Source: a virus (lineage: Duplodnaviria > Caudoviricetes). From it: DNA of 63,030 nucleotides. Under the pieces are notes generated by a model. That model saw only the letters and a list, made by a program, of their open reading frames with translations. It was not told the origin of the DNA and made no database searches. Made by a program: the position numbers and the translations under genes. The stretch lies in the IMG/VR virus record IMGVR_UViG_3300012667_000266, positions 1 to 63,030 of that record. One strand, 5' to 3'. Positions 38,082-48,323 of this stretch are shown piece by piece (positions within the stretch are counted from its first letter, which is position 1; each line of letters begins with the position of its first letter).

Positions 38082-39617
38082 TTATGGCAGTACTTGACCA
38101 GTGGCTTTTCCCGTAGCGCTTGGAACATTTCCAAACATCTGGATCTGCTGCATCTGTTGGGCAAACTGCTGAGCAGTCAACGGTGGGTTCAGCGTAGTGT
38201 CTTTGCCAGCGGTGGACTTGAGGTAGTCGCCATACAACTGAGACATGTTCAGCTTGCCTGCTTGGATCGCGGTCATCTTCTCCAGACCCTTAGTCACGTC
38301 GCCCTTACCCAGAGCCATCAGCAACTGCTGCTGTGCACCTGGCATACCGGCGGCTGCAATGTGGGCCTTCGCTGTCTCGTGGCTGCCAGTGAGAGAGGCG
38401 ATGCCTTGCATGGCTGAGTGCTGCCATGCTGCTTGACGGTCCTTGGACTTCTCTGTAAGTTTCTCGTAGGAATCAATATCCCCACGCTTGTAAGCGTACT
38501 GCGCGTTCTCGATGTCGGCACGCATCTTGTCACGTTCACGTGCGGCTTTCTTCAAGTCTTTCAGAGCCTCGTTGTAGTCTGTCACACCGCTCATTGCACC
38601 TTCGCCGATGTTCTGGAACGCATACTGAGACTTGCCTGCCATCATGCCAAGACCTGCCTTGAGCAGCGCCATCTTCAATGCGGATTCTTTGTCACCAGCA
38701 GCGCCAGCTTCTTCCTTCTCCACACGGGCCATCTGCTTTTCAGTAGGGTCCGTACCCAGCGCGGCCTTGCGTTTTGCCAAGTATGTTGCTTGGTCCTCAG
38801 TAGCCTCGGGCTTGAATTGCTCAGCGTACTTAATGAAGCCGGGAACAGGGCTTGCCAAGCTGGGGCGTGCTTGAGGCACATAAGGCGTGTTGCCGCCACC
38901 GGTAGTATCGACGCCGTCAGCAGCATCTTTTTGCATCGCTTGATTGGCCCCTTTACGGGCGTCTCGGTCTGCCATGTACTCGTCGGTAGCTTTCTCGAAA
39001 GCGGTGAAGTCCGTTGCGCCTTTGTCCGAAGTGTCCTTTTTATCGGCTTTGGACTCTTGGTACTTTGAGCGTTCTTCACGACGGCCCTGCAAGTACTTTT
39101 GAATTTTTTGCAAAGTTGTATCGCTAGAACCGTCGCCTGCTTGTGGCATGAACTGCGTTGTGCCGGGGACGTAGCCGGGGATGTCACCAAGAACACCACC
39201 AACAAGACTGCCGTCCGTAGTGTTGCCTTGATAGCGCGGTACGTGGCCACCGCCAGCCATACGCATTACAGGCTCGTTGTTGTATGCCAGTTGTTCAGGG
39301 GTATCTTCGTAGCCAGCAATACCACCGTCAGCCATGCGCTGCATGTTGGGGGCCGACAGAGCGCCAATACCTTGCTGTTCGGGGAGCTGAGGCTGGGGCG
39401 CCATTTCTGCAATATCTTGGTCCGCCACTGTTGGTGGTTTCTGGCCAGCCATCTGCGCCTGTTGGGAAGCGCGGAGTTGCTTACGTGCGTTGCTTTCGGC
39501 AACTGCCAACGACAAAACGTATGGGTCGGTCTTGTGCATTGCAGCGTATTGTTGCAACTGGTTGTCCGGCATGTTGCGCAGGACTGACGTGATTTGATTG
39601 ACGTTTGGGATTGCCAT
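38082..39617 (-). CDS. Putative ejection / internal virion protein
   Basis: A/Q/K-rich and helical; MADGG and MAGGG motifs; located in the ejection cluster. Confidence 0.65.
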   Translation of the reverse strand: MAIPNVNQITSVLRNMPDNQLQQYAAMHKTDPYVLSLAVAESNARKQLRASQQAQMAGQKPPTVADQDIAEMAPQPQLPEQQGIGALSAPNMQRMADGGIAGYEDTPEQLAYNNEPVMRMAGGGHVPRYQGNTTDGSLVGGVLGDIPGYVPGTTQFMPQAGDGSSDTTLQKIQKYLQGRREERSKYQESKADKKDTSDKGATDFTAFEKATDEYMADRDARKGANQAMQKDAADGVDTTGGGNTPYVPQARPSLASPVPGFIKYAEQFKPEATEDQATYLAKRKAALGTDPTEKQMARVEKEEAGAAGDKESALKMALLKAGLGMMAGKSQYAFQNIGEGAMSGVTDYNEALKDLKKAARERDKMRADIENAQYAYKRGDIDSYEKLTEKSKDRQAAWQHSAMQGIASLTGSHETAKAHIAAAGMPGAQQQLLMALGKGDVTKGLEKMTAIQAGKLNMSQLYGDYLKSTAGKDTTLNPPLTAQQFAQQMQQIQMFGNVPSATGKATGQVLP

Positions 39618-39626
39618 GTCGTTTCC

Positions 39627-40598
39627 TTATGCCATCTTAGCCATAGCCAAACCGGCCAGACCGTCGGACTTTTTCTCTTTAATTGCGCCGCCTTCAGCTT
39701 TGCCTATGCCAAGCGCTGCCGCAGACAAGCCCAGACCTGCTACTTGAGACACGGCACTTGGGGGCGCTTGGTACACCTGCGCTGTCTGGTTGGTCATTGG
39801 TAAGCCACGCAGCAAGTTGGACATGAAGCTCAACTGCTGGTACGGGTAGTTCTGCTGGTTCAGGTAGTCTTGGTACTGGTTGTTCAGCACGTTCTGGACT
39901 TGTTGCTGTTGCTGACCACCGAACTGGTTCTGCATGTTCAGGAGGCCCATGTTCTGGTTGTACTGCGTGTTGCCAATATTAGCCAAGTTGCTTGCTGCCG
40001 TGTTGGCTGTTTGCAAACCTTGAAGTCCAAGACCCGCGCCGAACTGTTGCTGCTGAGCGTTTTGCTGGTTTTGTGTGTTGTACTGCTGCTGTGCGCTATT
40101 GAATGCGTTGAACTGGTTTTGGCCCAAGTTACGTTGCAGCTCGGCATTAGCCTGCGCACGCATGATGGCGTCGCGGCCACCGCCAAAAGCACCAGCATTG
40201 GCTGCTTGAGCTTGTTGACCTTGTTGGGCAATCGCAGCGTTACGGCGTGTAGCGTCGTTCATGACATCCAAATAAGGATTCATCATGTCTTTGGCCGTCT
40301 GCCCTGTGAAGTTCGAGGGGTTGAACGTGTACTGGGTGTTCAGTGCGCCAAGACCGGCCATGCCGGACAAAGCCGTTGCATCTTGCAACTGAGGCGCAGT
40401 CTGCATTGTTCCTGCGTTCTGGTATGCCTGCTGCTGGAGGGGCGTGAACTGAGCAACGCGATCCCCTTGGTACTGCATGTAGGGGTTTTGGTTCAGGTCA
40501 GTAACTGCCTGACCTTGGCCTAGCATCGACTCGACGTACGGCTTCGCGTAGTCGGGGATCGTGGTGGTCGTGTTTACTGTTTGGGTTGCGTCAGCCAT
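39627..40598 (-). CDS. Putative DNA ejection/pilot protein
   Basis: Very Q/N-rich, AGAFGGGR, G/A-rich hydrophobic tail. Confidence 0.7.
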   Translation of the reverse strand: MADATQTVNTTTTIPDYAKPYVESMLGQGQAVTDLNQNPYMQYQGDRVAQFTPLQQQAYQNAGTMQTAPQLQDATALSGMAGLGALNTQYTFNPSNFTGQTAKDMMNPYLDVMNDATRRNAAIAQQGQQAQAANAGAFGGGRDAIMRAQANAELQRNLGQNQFNAFNSAQQQYNTQNQQNAQQQQFGAGLGLQGLQTANTAASNLANIGNTQYNQNMGLLNMQNQFGGQQQQQVQNVLNNQYQDYLNQQNYPYQQLSFMSNLLRGLPMTNQTAQVYQAPPSAVSQVAGLGLSAAALGIGKAEGGAIKEKKSDGLAGLAMAKMA

Positions 40599-40607
40599 GT
40601 CGGCTCC

Positions 40608-43493
40608 TTAAACGGGGAGATACTTGTCAGAGCGGCTATTGGCCGCCACCTTACCTTTGCCGGTGGTTTTGCCACGGGCCTTTTGGACACGGTCCATCAT
40701 TGCGTAGAGCTTACGTGCGCCTGCTTCGGTAGAACCGTTGCCGAGTTCCGAGACGATACGGGCAGGAACCACGAACTCGCCGTCAGCCAAACGGGCTGGC
40801 TGCTTGTTGCCAATCGAAGCGGGGATGCTGTCAGACACGCCGTCACCGGGACCGCGCAAGAGGCGACCGCCATCAGAGTAGCCGCCGAGGTTGTAGCCAG
40901 ACATGCCGCCACCGGCCAAGCCCATGAGACCGCCACGTTTAGCTGACGAGCCGTCACCACCATCACCCCCATCACCACCATCACCCCCATCACCACCGTC
41001 ACCATCACCTGAACCGGCAGCACCGCCATCGCCGGAGTCACCACCACCACCGTCGTAGTAGCTTGAGCTTGCCGAGCCTGTTGGTATTTCAGACGCTTTG
41101 TTCACAGGGTAACGCTTCTTAGCTTCAGCCACCGAGATACCCAATGAAGCCGCGAGTTGCTCGTAAGAAATGTTGTTCTGCGCCATCCACACAGGGCGAT
41201 CCAACAAGCCCTCAGTAGCCTGTTTTACAATAGAACCAAGCCACCCAGTAGACGCTGCTGGAACTTCCAAGTTTTTAGGGTCGGCAACAAAAGCAGCCAA
41301 CTCTTGTTGGTTCATACCGCGAGTGGTCTGGCCAGTGTCTTGGTTGAAGTTGAACGCTTTGTAGTCAGGGTTGGCTTCGTACTTGCGTGTGACAGGGTTG
41401 AAGCGTTGAGCGAAACGAGTGTTGTCTGGCTGAACGCCGAGCACGGACTCAGAGTACGGCTTCATGATCTCACCAGTTGGCGTAGACGGAACGGTTGGGT
41501 AAGCGCCCGAACCCATGAGGTAGTCAAACGCTGCGCGGGAACCGCCAGTCTGCGTATCAAACATCTGAGCGTGTTCAGCAGCCGTTTTGGGTGCGTATGG
41601 TGCGTAGCCTAAGCTACCGCCGCCTGTGGTGTACGCATCTTTAACACCGGTCATGCCCGTGAAACCACCATCTGGACGACCGGGGATGTTAGGCGTTACG
41701 GTGGTAGAACCGTCTGTGTTTTTGCGAATGTCGCCGGGAGTTGCCACGGATACGTCTGGACGTGAAGGTGTGTTGTTGATACCGTTGGTTGGAACAATGG
41801 GCTTAGCCACAACCGGTTTCTCTTTAGCGGCGTCGTAGCGGCGCTGTACTTCGGTACTGTTCAAACCTGTAGCACGAGAGATGTCGTCCACGGACATTTT
41901 GTTTGCGTCCATGAAAGCAACCCATTCTTTGTCGGAAGGGGTTACCGCATCGGTCTGCGGATCAAATGCCAGAATCTTGCCTGCTACGTCGTAAGCATGA
42001 GAAACAGTGCCTTGGTTCCAGTAACCTTTACCCCAGTTAGGGTCGTTGGCCTGTGCTGCGGTGGCAAATTCTCCAGCCGTCATACCTTTACCGGTTAAGT
42101 TTTGGTACTGGTTTAAATAGCCGGAACCGTTTTGTCCGGATGTTGGGTCAACATAGCCTTGGGAAAGACCTGCAATGTAGCGATTAACTGCCGCAGGATC
42201 GGCGTTGTTTTGAGCAACAGCATCCGCTATGTTGATGTTTGCGTTCTTGGGGTCAGCAAAGTAACTCCCCATTTGCGCGTCAGTAAACTGGTTATACGCA
42301 GGAGTCGCGGGTGTAGCAGGAGTTGCCGGAGCGGCAGAACCACCAAAGTCCACGCCTGCATTGGAGAAATAACTCCCTACTTGGTCATTGCTGTAACCAG
42401 TGGCACGAGACAGGTCCGCTGCGGAAACACCATACTGCTGTGCAGCCGCCGCAATAGCTGCGGGGTCGTCCATGTGCGCGGACACATATTCTTTAATCTG
42501 AGCGTCAGTCACGCCACCAGCATCGTAATGCTGCACGGCTCCGCCATGAGCTAGAGCCACGATACCGCCATCGGCTGCATTAAAGCTGCGGCTGCCCCAC
42601 TCGTCTGCTTTGACGGGGGTTTGTGCGGTGTAGCGTTGACCAAACGGATCGTAGTTGAATGGGCGGATGTAGCCGGGGGATGCCTTAGCCCCTGCTGCGG
42701 GGTTCTTTTGGCTCATGGCGTCCATACCTAAAGCGCCAGCAGCTGAGTACCCAATCCCGCCCATCATGCTGGAAGGACCGCCCATAGCGGTTGCAGAGTT
42801 AGCGGCCATCTGCGAGTTCAAAGCGCCGATACCGCCGGGGCTTGTCAGACGGTCAAAACCTGCCGTGGCATTACCAAAGTTCTGTGAGAACGTAGGCGCT
42901 TGCGTGACGGTTTGAGGCAGTGCAATCTTGTCTGCCATGATTGGAGAAGGCGCGGGTTGAGCTGCCGCAACAGAAGGGTCAAGCATCTTGACGTCGGGAT
43001 TGAATGTTGAATCCGTGAGCGCTGCTTTTGCATTTTCAGCAGCCACTTTCTCCGCGGCAACATTTTCGGCCCCAGCAAGACGGGCAGTTTCCGCTGCACT
43101 TTCGTTAGCCACCACACTAGATTCCGCACCCATACCAGCCAAGCCAGCGCCGAGACCGTAGCCGCCGTACGCACCCAGACCGGCCATGAGACCTTGCTTC
43201 AAGTTACCTGAAGCCAAAGCGGTAACACCGCCAACCATCGCAGCCGCGCCCATTGCGGATGAGGCAATACCGAAACCAGCGGGGCCAAGCATAGCGCCAG
43301 CAACGACAGGTACGAGGCTCTTCAAACTGAACGCTTCTGGCAAGCCAGTGTGCGGGTTAACTGTCAGAGACGTGCCATGTTTTTCCGCAAGGCTTTGCAA
43401 GCCTGCGACTTCACTGGGGGTCATGTGGACAAGCATCGAGTCGCCGTTGCGACCGTGTGCTGCCATGTGGTTGGCGATAGCTGGAAGGCTCAT
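40608..43493 (-). CDS. Putative ejection / internal virion protein
   Basis: Start MSLPAIAN (SD GAGG); GRNGDSMLVHM...NPHTGLPEAF, G/A-rich hydrophobic segments, C-terminal GPGDGVSDSIPA...LADGEFVVPA. Confidence 0.7.
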   Translation of the reverse strand: MSLPAIANHMAAHGRNGDSMLVHMTPSEVAGLQSLAEKHGTSLTVNPHTGLPEAFSLKSLVPVVAGAMLGPAGFGIASSAMGAAAMVGGVTALASGNLKQGLMAGLGAYGGYGLGAGLAGMGAESSVVANESAAETARLAGAENVAAEKVAAENAKAALTDSTFNPDVKMLDPSVAAAQPAPSPIMADKIALPQTVTQAPTFSQNFGNATAGFDRLTSPGGIGALNSQMAANSATAMGGPSSMMGGIGYSAAGALGMDAMSQKNPAAGAKASPGYIRPFNYDPFGQRYTAQTPVKADEWGSRSFNAADGGIVALAHGGAVQHYDAGGVTDAQIKEYVSAHMDDPAAIAAAAQQYGVSAADLSRATGYSNDQVGSYFSNAGVDFGGSAAPATPATPATPAYNQFTDAQMGSYFADPKNANINIADAVAQNNADPAAVNRYIAGLSQGYVDPTSGQNGSGYLNQYQNLTGKGMTAGEFATAAQANDPNWGKGYWNQGTVSHAYDVAGKILAFDPQTDAVTPSDKEWVAFMDANKMSVDDISRATGLNSTEVQRRYDAAKEKPVVAKPIVPTNGINNTPSRPDVSVATPGDIRKNTDGSTTVTPNIPGRPDGGFTGMTGVKDAYTTGGGSLGYAPYAPKTAAEHAQMFDTQTGGSRAAFDYLMGSGAYPTVPSTPTGEIMKPYSESVLGVQPDNTRFAQRFNPVTRKYEANPDYKAFNFNQDTGQTTRGMNQQELAAFVADPKNLEVPAASTGWLGSIVKQATEGLLDRPVWMAQNNISYEQLAASLGISVAEAKKRYPVNKASEIPTGSASSSYYDGGGGDSGDGGAAGSGDGDGGDGGDGGDGGDGGDGSSAKRGGLMGLAGGGMSGYNLGGYSDGGRLLRGPGDGVSDSIPASIGNKQPARLADGEFVVPARIVSELGNGSTEAGARKLYAMMDRVQKARGKTTGKGKVAANSRSDKYLPV
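40951..41050 (-). repeat. 9-bp tandem repeat encoding (GGD)n
   Basis: ccatcacc(a/c) units giving GDGGDGGDGGDGGDG. Confidence 0.8.
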
Positions 43494-43542
43494 AGCTGCC
43501 TCTTTGTTAGGGGGTTGATCGAGTTTATCATGCTGAAGTCTT

Positions 43543-43872
43543 TTAACCAACTTTCCAGTCGGTCCCATTAAAGAACACAGGCACGGTATTTGAGCCGCCA
43601 CCAGCAACGGTTGAGTTAAATGTCGTGACCGAAGAGTCGGAGACAAACGTTCTTGCCCCCGCCTTGGACGTAACTGCGCTAGGTAGCGTGGCAACGGTGT
43701 GTACGGTAGTCGAAAGAACAACCGAGCTAACCATCGAATTTAACGTACCGTTTAACTGGTTGAAGTACAAACGCAAGACGTTGTTGAGCTGGTCTACGTA
43801 TCTGCGTTCGTATTCCTCCGGCCCAAGGGGTAAGTTGGGTACTGCGGGGTTGATAATCGGATTTGTAGCCAT
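43543..43872 (-). CDS. Small virion/tail protein
   Basis: PNLPLGPEEY...LRLYFNQL...VPVFFNGTDWKVG. Confidence 0.7.
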   Translation of the reverse strand: MATNPIINPAVPNLPLGPEEYERRYVDQLNNVLRLYFNQLNGTLNSMVSSVVLSTTVHTVATLPSAVTSKAGARTFVSDSSVTTFNSTVAGGGSNTVPVFFNGTDWKVG

Positions 43873-45995
43873 TAACGACGTCCGTCAGGGCGAATGTCAA
43901 TACGAGGAGCACCAAGCTGCCAAGTCGTATTGATTTGGTTAGAGGCCATCTTGAAGATTAACTGACGACCGCGCACTCGGGTGTAAACAATGCCGGTGTA
44001 CTCTTCAGTAATGTCGTAGTTGCTGCCCTTAACAACCGTACCAGAAGCCGAAGCACCCGCGCCAGAACCAGAACTAGCCAGCGGATAAAGCGTCATGGTG
44101 ACTCGAGGAGCCACGCCTGCGGGGGTGTTTGCCGAGTTTTCAAACGTCAAGTCTGGCAGCACGCGCCAGATATAGCCAAAATTATGGCCGTCACCGATGT
44201 CAAATTCAGACGAAGAAATGTAAGCGTCAATAGCCGCAGGTGTGCCTGTCTCGTTGTCGTTGATGCCCGACTCATGGTTGACGATGATATGGTTGTACGT
44301 AGTCGCAATAGGGCTGTCGAGCAGGCCGGAGTCAAGCCAAGCAGTGCGTGCTAGCGTGCCGTAATACCAGATTTTTTCTGCATAGTTATAGATTACATAA
44401 CGGTCAACTGTTACGGAATCGGCGGAACAGTAGTACCACCACACCTCATTAAATCCCTCGTTTGTGCCCGAGAACACTTGAGAGTTTTGCTGAAGGTTGA
44501 TGTCATTAAACACGTAGCGACGCAGATCGCAGTTGAGCGTTTGGATGCGGCCGTCGTAGGCATAGAACTTGTCCACACCCATCCAATACACAACGCCCGA
44601 CGCCAAAGAAGCAGCGTTGGGGCCCATAGTGGAGATGTTGTCGCCAAGCAACTGAGACTGCCAAACGTAAGGAGGGCCAAGGTATTGCAAAGAATACGCA
44701 CTGGAGTCCGTCAGAATAAAAATTTCCTGACGTGTCTGAATAGCGGTAATGATCTCTGAGCCGTGCGACAAACGTGCGCTACCTGCCTGATTCGTTGCAT
44801 CTGGTGTCCAGTTGTACGGGTCTTCTTGGTCAGACCAGCGAATCAACATAGGGTCAAGCGTTGCCGAACCGTAGTCATTACAGCCCAGCGCAAGGATAAA
44901 ACGCTTTGAGTCCGACACCGTGATGCCATTCTGCACAGTCGGCACGTCCACCAATAAGGAGATGTAAGCGTCAACAGACGCCGAGCCAGACGTATCCACC
45001 ACAGTACCTGCGGAGTTCAAGAGCTGGAACGTGACACCGTCAGGGCTAAACACAGAATACGTTGTGTCCACAGACATCCCAGTCGGCAAACTACCACCAG
45101 CTTCGACGTTGAACTGGATAAATGCCCCTTCAGTCAGGGCAAAACCTGTAAGAGTGACGATTGCTGGAGAAGCGGCAGTTATGGATACAGCGCCCAAAGT
45201 AGCCCCGGGCGTAGCTAGATTGACCCCGCGAGTGTTAACACCCGCCGTTGCATCCCAGTAATAAATACCACCACCACGAGGGCCAAAGACTAAGTCTTCA
45301 CCAAAGTTGATTTGGCTCCAAAGCCGTAACGGGGTGCTCGATGTTCCGCCTGTACCCCAAGCACCTACGCCCCAACCACCAGCACCCCAACCAGTCAGAG
45401 GGATTTGATACTCAGAGCCGACATTGATTTGGTACGCAGCAACAACAGAAGCCCCGCCACCGGGAGAACCTGCAATAGCCGTAGCGTTGGGCGTGACAGA
45501 AATTGTGATCGTGTACGTGTTAGAGGTGAGTACGGTGACTTGGAACTCTCTATTTAGGACAGCAGCCGTTACGTTTGTGCCACCACCGCCAATATCCGTA
45601 GCCCCGCTAAAGGTAACAAAGTCACCTGTTTCACAACCGTGTGCGGTGTCAGTAACCGTAACTGTCGTAGAAGCAGTCAGGGCAAAGGGGTTGTTGTTAA
45701 TAGTTACTGTAGTGCGGATGGGCGTGATGTCGTAATAGTTACCACCTCGGTTAATATAAAACTTGAGGTTTGTGCCGACACCGATCAGGTTCAGGTATCC
45801 AAGTGTTACCCAATTCCATAGCGAACGGCATACGCCTAAAAACGTGTTACGGGAATACGCAGTCCACCCGCCGATGACTTCGGGGTTGCCTTGACGGAAG
45901 CGCACTTTGTCGCACTCATACCAGCCGCCTTCGGTGGTGTAGCGAGTGTTCTCGCGGTTTACGCCCGGCTTGAACAGGATTTTCTGTAACGGCAT
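43872..45995 (-). CDS. Tail nozzle / packaged-DNA stabilisation protein (P22 gp10-like)
   Basis: 707 aa, beta-rich; LIRWSDQED, WMG, FNEVWW; directly before the ejection genes. Confidence 0.7.
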   Translation of the reverse strand: MPLQKILFKPGVNRENTRYTTEGGWYECDKVRFRQGNPEVIGGWTAYSRNTFLGVCRSLWNWVTLGYLNLIGVGTNLKFYINRGGNYYDITPIRTTVTINNNPFALTASTTVTVTDTAHGCETGDFVTFSGATDIGGGGTNVTAAVLNREFQVTVLTSNTYTITISVTPNATAIAGSPGGGASVVAAYQINVGSEYQIPLTGWGAGGWGVGAWGTGGTSSTPLRLWSQINFGEDLVFGPRGGGIYYWDATAGVNTRGVNLATPGATLGAVSITAASPAIVTLTGFALTEGAFIQFNVEAGGSLPTGMSVDTTYSVFSPDGVTFQLLNSAGTVVDTSGSASVDAYISLLVDVPTVQNGITVSDSKRFILALGCNDYGSATLDPMLIRWSDQEDPYNWTPDATNQAGSARLSHGSEIITAIQTRQEIFILTDSSAYSLQYLGPPYVWQSQLLGDNISTMGPNAASLASGVVYWMGVDKFYAYDGRIQTLNCDLRRYVFNDINLQQNSQVFSGTNEGFNEVWWYYCSADSVTVDRYVIYNYAEKIWYYGTLARTAWLDSGLLDSPIATTYNHIIVNHESGINDNETGTPAAIDAYISSSEFDIGDGHNFGYIWRVLPDLTFENSANTPAGVAPRVTMTLYPLASSGSGAGASASGTVVKGSNYDITEEYTGIVYTRVRGRQLIFKMASNQINTTWQLGAPRIDIRPDGRR

Positions 45996-46003
45996 CTGTG
46001 GTC

Positions 46004-46480
46004 CTACGATAGAAACATGGCGCGTTCGTCAATGCGACGGTTCTGCAAGCCTTTGAGAATTTTACCGCCTGCCATGCAATACTTCAAGAGCTCCTCGGCA
46101 GCACCTTCTTTATCACCCCGAAGCAACTTCTGGCGAAGCGTCGAACGCTGGAGTGTTCCCAAACCGACGTTAAAACTAAAAGACACAAGAGCATCAAACA
46201 TCCCTTGTGTAAGTGGTACAGGACAGAACTGGGCGACGCCACGTTCAAATCGGGCCAAATCTGACTTAAGAATTGCATTCACTTCCTCCATCGACAGCTT
46301 GCGATCCCACCCTTCTGGGATAGGCAGAGCCTTGCGCTCAGCCAGCGGAATCTTGGCATGGTTTGGGTTAATGACGTGTCCGACCCCTACCGTCCACAGC
46401 AGGGCCGGGCATTGATATGGCTTTTGCCGCACGCCTTCGTGGTGTTCGATGACGTGGAGGGCTTTTTCACTGACGTTCAT
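46004..46480 (-). CDS. Endolysin, GH24 phage lysozyme
   Basis: HEG...YQCPALLWTVGVGH (E-x8-C-x5-T), FDALVSFSFNVG, GLQNRR. Confidence 0.93.
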   Translation of the reverse strand: MNVSEKALHVIEHHEGVRQKPYQCPALLWTVGVGHVINPNHAKIPLAERKALPIPEGWDRKLSMEEVNAILKSDLARFERGVAQFCPVPLTQGMFDALVSFSFNVGLGTLQRSTLRQKLLRGDKEGAAEELLKYCMAGGKILKGLQNRRIDERAMFLS

Positions 46481-47004
46481 CAGTTATTACCTTTGCCGAA
46501 TGCACGGCCGCCAAAGTGGAAGGTGATGATGGCAGCAAACATGATACGGGTGTCTTCGTCCCAGAGCTGGTTAGCCATGTCGTTGAAGTCTGCACCGTGC
46601 ACGAAACCGTACCAGAAGGTGCCGATGTCGATCAACAGGAGCAGGAAATAGAAACCTAGCGTCAGGATCGAGCGAGTAGCAGCGCGAATATCAGTAACCC
46701 ACTGAGAAGCACCTTGACCAATAGCAATGTCATGCGCGTAAATCGCTTGCATCTCAGCTTGCTGCGCACCAACAATCGCCTGCGTGGTCTGGGCGTTAGT
46801 CTGGAGTTCAATCTGGTCGGTCTTGATTTCTTCAATTTTGGCTTGGGCGGCATATCCTGCGGCAATCATTTGTAGCTCGCGCTCGGTCTGGAGGCGGGCC
46901 ATCTCCATTTCGTGCTTCTTGTCAGCACGATCTTGGAACATTTCCAGAATCTTGGGCGTACCCGACATCAGGAAAGAGATCAGGGTTGAGATTAGTGTCA
47001 TCAT
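46480..47004 (-). CDS. Holin-like membrane protein
   Basis: Hydrophobic N-terminus and two C-terminal TM segments ending IITFHFGGR; adjacent to the endolysin gene. Confidence 0.65.
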   Translation of the reverse strand: MMTLISTLISFLMSGTPKILEMFQDRADKKHEMEMARLQTERELQMIAAGYAAQAKIEEIKTDQIELQTNAQTTQAIVGAQQAEMQAIYAHDIAIGQGASQWVTDIRAATRSILTLGFYFLLLLIDIGTFWYGFVHGADFNDMANQLWDEDTRIMFAAIITFHFGGRAFGKGNN

Positions 47005-47156
47005 TCTTCAGGTTCCTTTTCTACCTTGGGCGCTTCCTTGAGCTTTTTGTTCTCTTGGAGAATCGCCTCCGCTTTCATCATCAACTTTTCAGACCGTATC
47101 AGCATCATTGCTGAGATCGGCAACGTCAGGGAAGCGATCACCCCGAAGAAAATCAT
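47001..47156 (-). CDS. Small membrane-anchored protein in the lysis module
   Basis: ATG at 47156 overlaps the upstream TGA (ATGA); TM segment plus charged tail. Confidence 0.55.
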   Translation of the reverse strand: MIFFGVIASLTLPISAMMLIRSEKLMMKAEAILQENKKLKEAPKVEKEPEE

Positions 47157-47923
47157 CCCAGCGATCCAGTAAGACTTGCCAGACTCAGCATCATTCCCCA
47201 CAGGATTGCCATTACCCACGCTGTTCCCACGGCCCACATCGCCATTTCGATTCTGAAATTTCGACGTTGCCATTTACTTGCTTCCTTGTACCGACGTGCG
47301 GCTAACTGTTCCATCCGAGCAAACTCTTGCTCATCCTTAATTCTGCCGTACATCTGCAAGAACCGCGAGTACAAATCTTTCAGTTCCTTGGGTGCGTATA
47401 CCATTGTCTCTCGAATCAGCACCGTCATCTCTTCCATTTGCAACTCAACCTCTACGCGCTCAATCGCCTTTACCGCATGGTTCTGGCCTTCTTCGTAGAC
47501 GTGCATCGAGGTTTCCTCTAGCTCCGCGTAGTGGTTGATGATTTGCTGTTGGATGTCAAAGAACTTACCCAGTTGCTGACTGACGTCATGTACAACCTGC
47601 ATCTGGAGAATAGCGGCATCCGGCTCGGGCTCTCGCTTCTTTGCCTTTTTCGCCACAGGCTTGGACGTTGAAACTGAAACAGGGTCGGCTTCAGGCTTTG
47701 TAACTTCGATCCCAAAGAGGCCAGCAAGCTGCGCCCAGATTCCTTGAACCCAAGCCCAAAGCTCTTTAAGTTCGTTAACAGTTTCGGTGACTTGGCCCAC
47801 CACTCCTTCAGCATCGTCTTGGAACTCCTTGACGATTGCTTGGCCCTCTCGCAGCATTTCACAACCTTGCTGGACAAAGCTGACAGCCGCTCGCGCAGCC
47901 ATGAGGAGGGTGAAGGGGTCCAC
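47153..47923 (-). CDS. Coiled-coil protein with C-terminal TM segment
   Basis: GTG start MDPFTLL..., C-terminal hydrophobic helix. Confidence 0.7.
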   Translation of the reverse strand: MDPFTLLMAARAAVSFVQQGCEMLREGQAIVKEFQDDAEGVVGQVTETVNELKELWAWVQGIWAQLAGLFGIEVTKPEADPVSVSTSKPVAKKAKKREPEPDAAILQMQVVHDVSQQLGKFFDIQQQIINHYAELEETSMHVYEEGQNHAVKAIERVEVELQMEEMTVLIRETMVYAPKELKDLYSRFLQMYGRIKDEQEFARMEQLAARRYKEASKWQRRNFRIEMAMWAVGTAWVMAILWGMMLSLASLTGSLG

Positions 47924-47936
47924 ATCACTGGGTTAA

Positions 47937-48050
47937 TCAACCACCAAACGCGGTTGCAGCCATAGGTGCGCCAGAGAAAGTGCCATCATTACCAACAACA
48001 AGATTGCCGCCGTATGAAGCCCCAACAAATGCCAGTACGATTCCACTCAT
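47937..48050 (-). CDS. 37-aa peptide, possible tail adaptor linker
   Basis: MSGIVLAFVGASYGGNLVVGNDGTFSGAPMAATAFGG*; ATG abuts the stop of 48051-48323. Confidence 0.5.
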   Translation of the reverse strand: MSGIVLAFVGASYGGNLVVGNDGTFSGAPMAATAFGG

Positions 48051-48323
48051 TTAAAGCCCCACTGAGATAACGACGATGTTTGCGTCAATAAAAATTGCGT
48101 TTGCCATTCCGCGAGGAGGCAGCTCAATGAACGCCCGTTTTTTGGCGAACGACGAGCGGTAGGAGTTTTCTACCAACGAATGAATTGACATGTACTCGTC
48201 TGTGTTGTTGAAGAAAAGTACGGCATTGCCCTTAGAAAACACACCATCAGGAATGGTGACAACACCGCCTGTGTCTAAACAGACGATGGTGCCGATGTCC
48301 TTTTTCTCTAGGGTGTAGCTCAT
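48051..48323 (-). CDS. Stand-alone paralog of the C-terminal domain of fibre 55078-56088
   Basis: DIGTIV..TGGVVTIPDGVFSKGNAVLFFNNT...RGMANAIFI aligns with DVGKVV..TGGSITIPDSTFAAGDAVLIFNNT...RGMCNILFI. Confidence 0.75.
   Translation of the reverse strand: MSYTLEKKDIGTIVCLDTGGVVTIPDGVFSKGNAVLFFNNTDEYMSIHSLVENSYRSSFAKKRAFIELPPRGMANAIFIDANIVVISVGL

Noticed and set aside
43494-43721. N-terminal extension of the 1037-aa ORF
   Set aside because: It overlaps gene 43543-43872; the ATG at 43493 has an SD.
47001-47273. Rz/Rz1-like overlapping spanin pair
   Set aside because: There is no lipobox, and an ATGA-coupled start at 47156 removes the long overlap.
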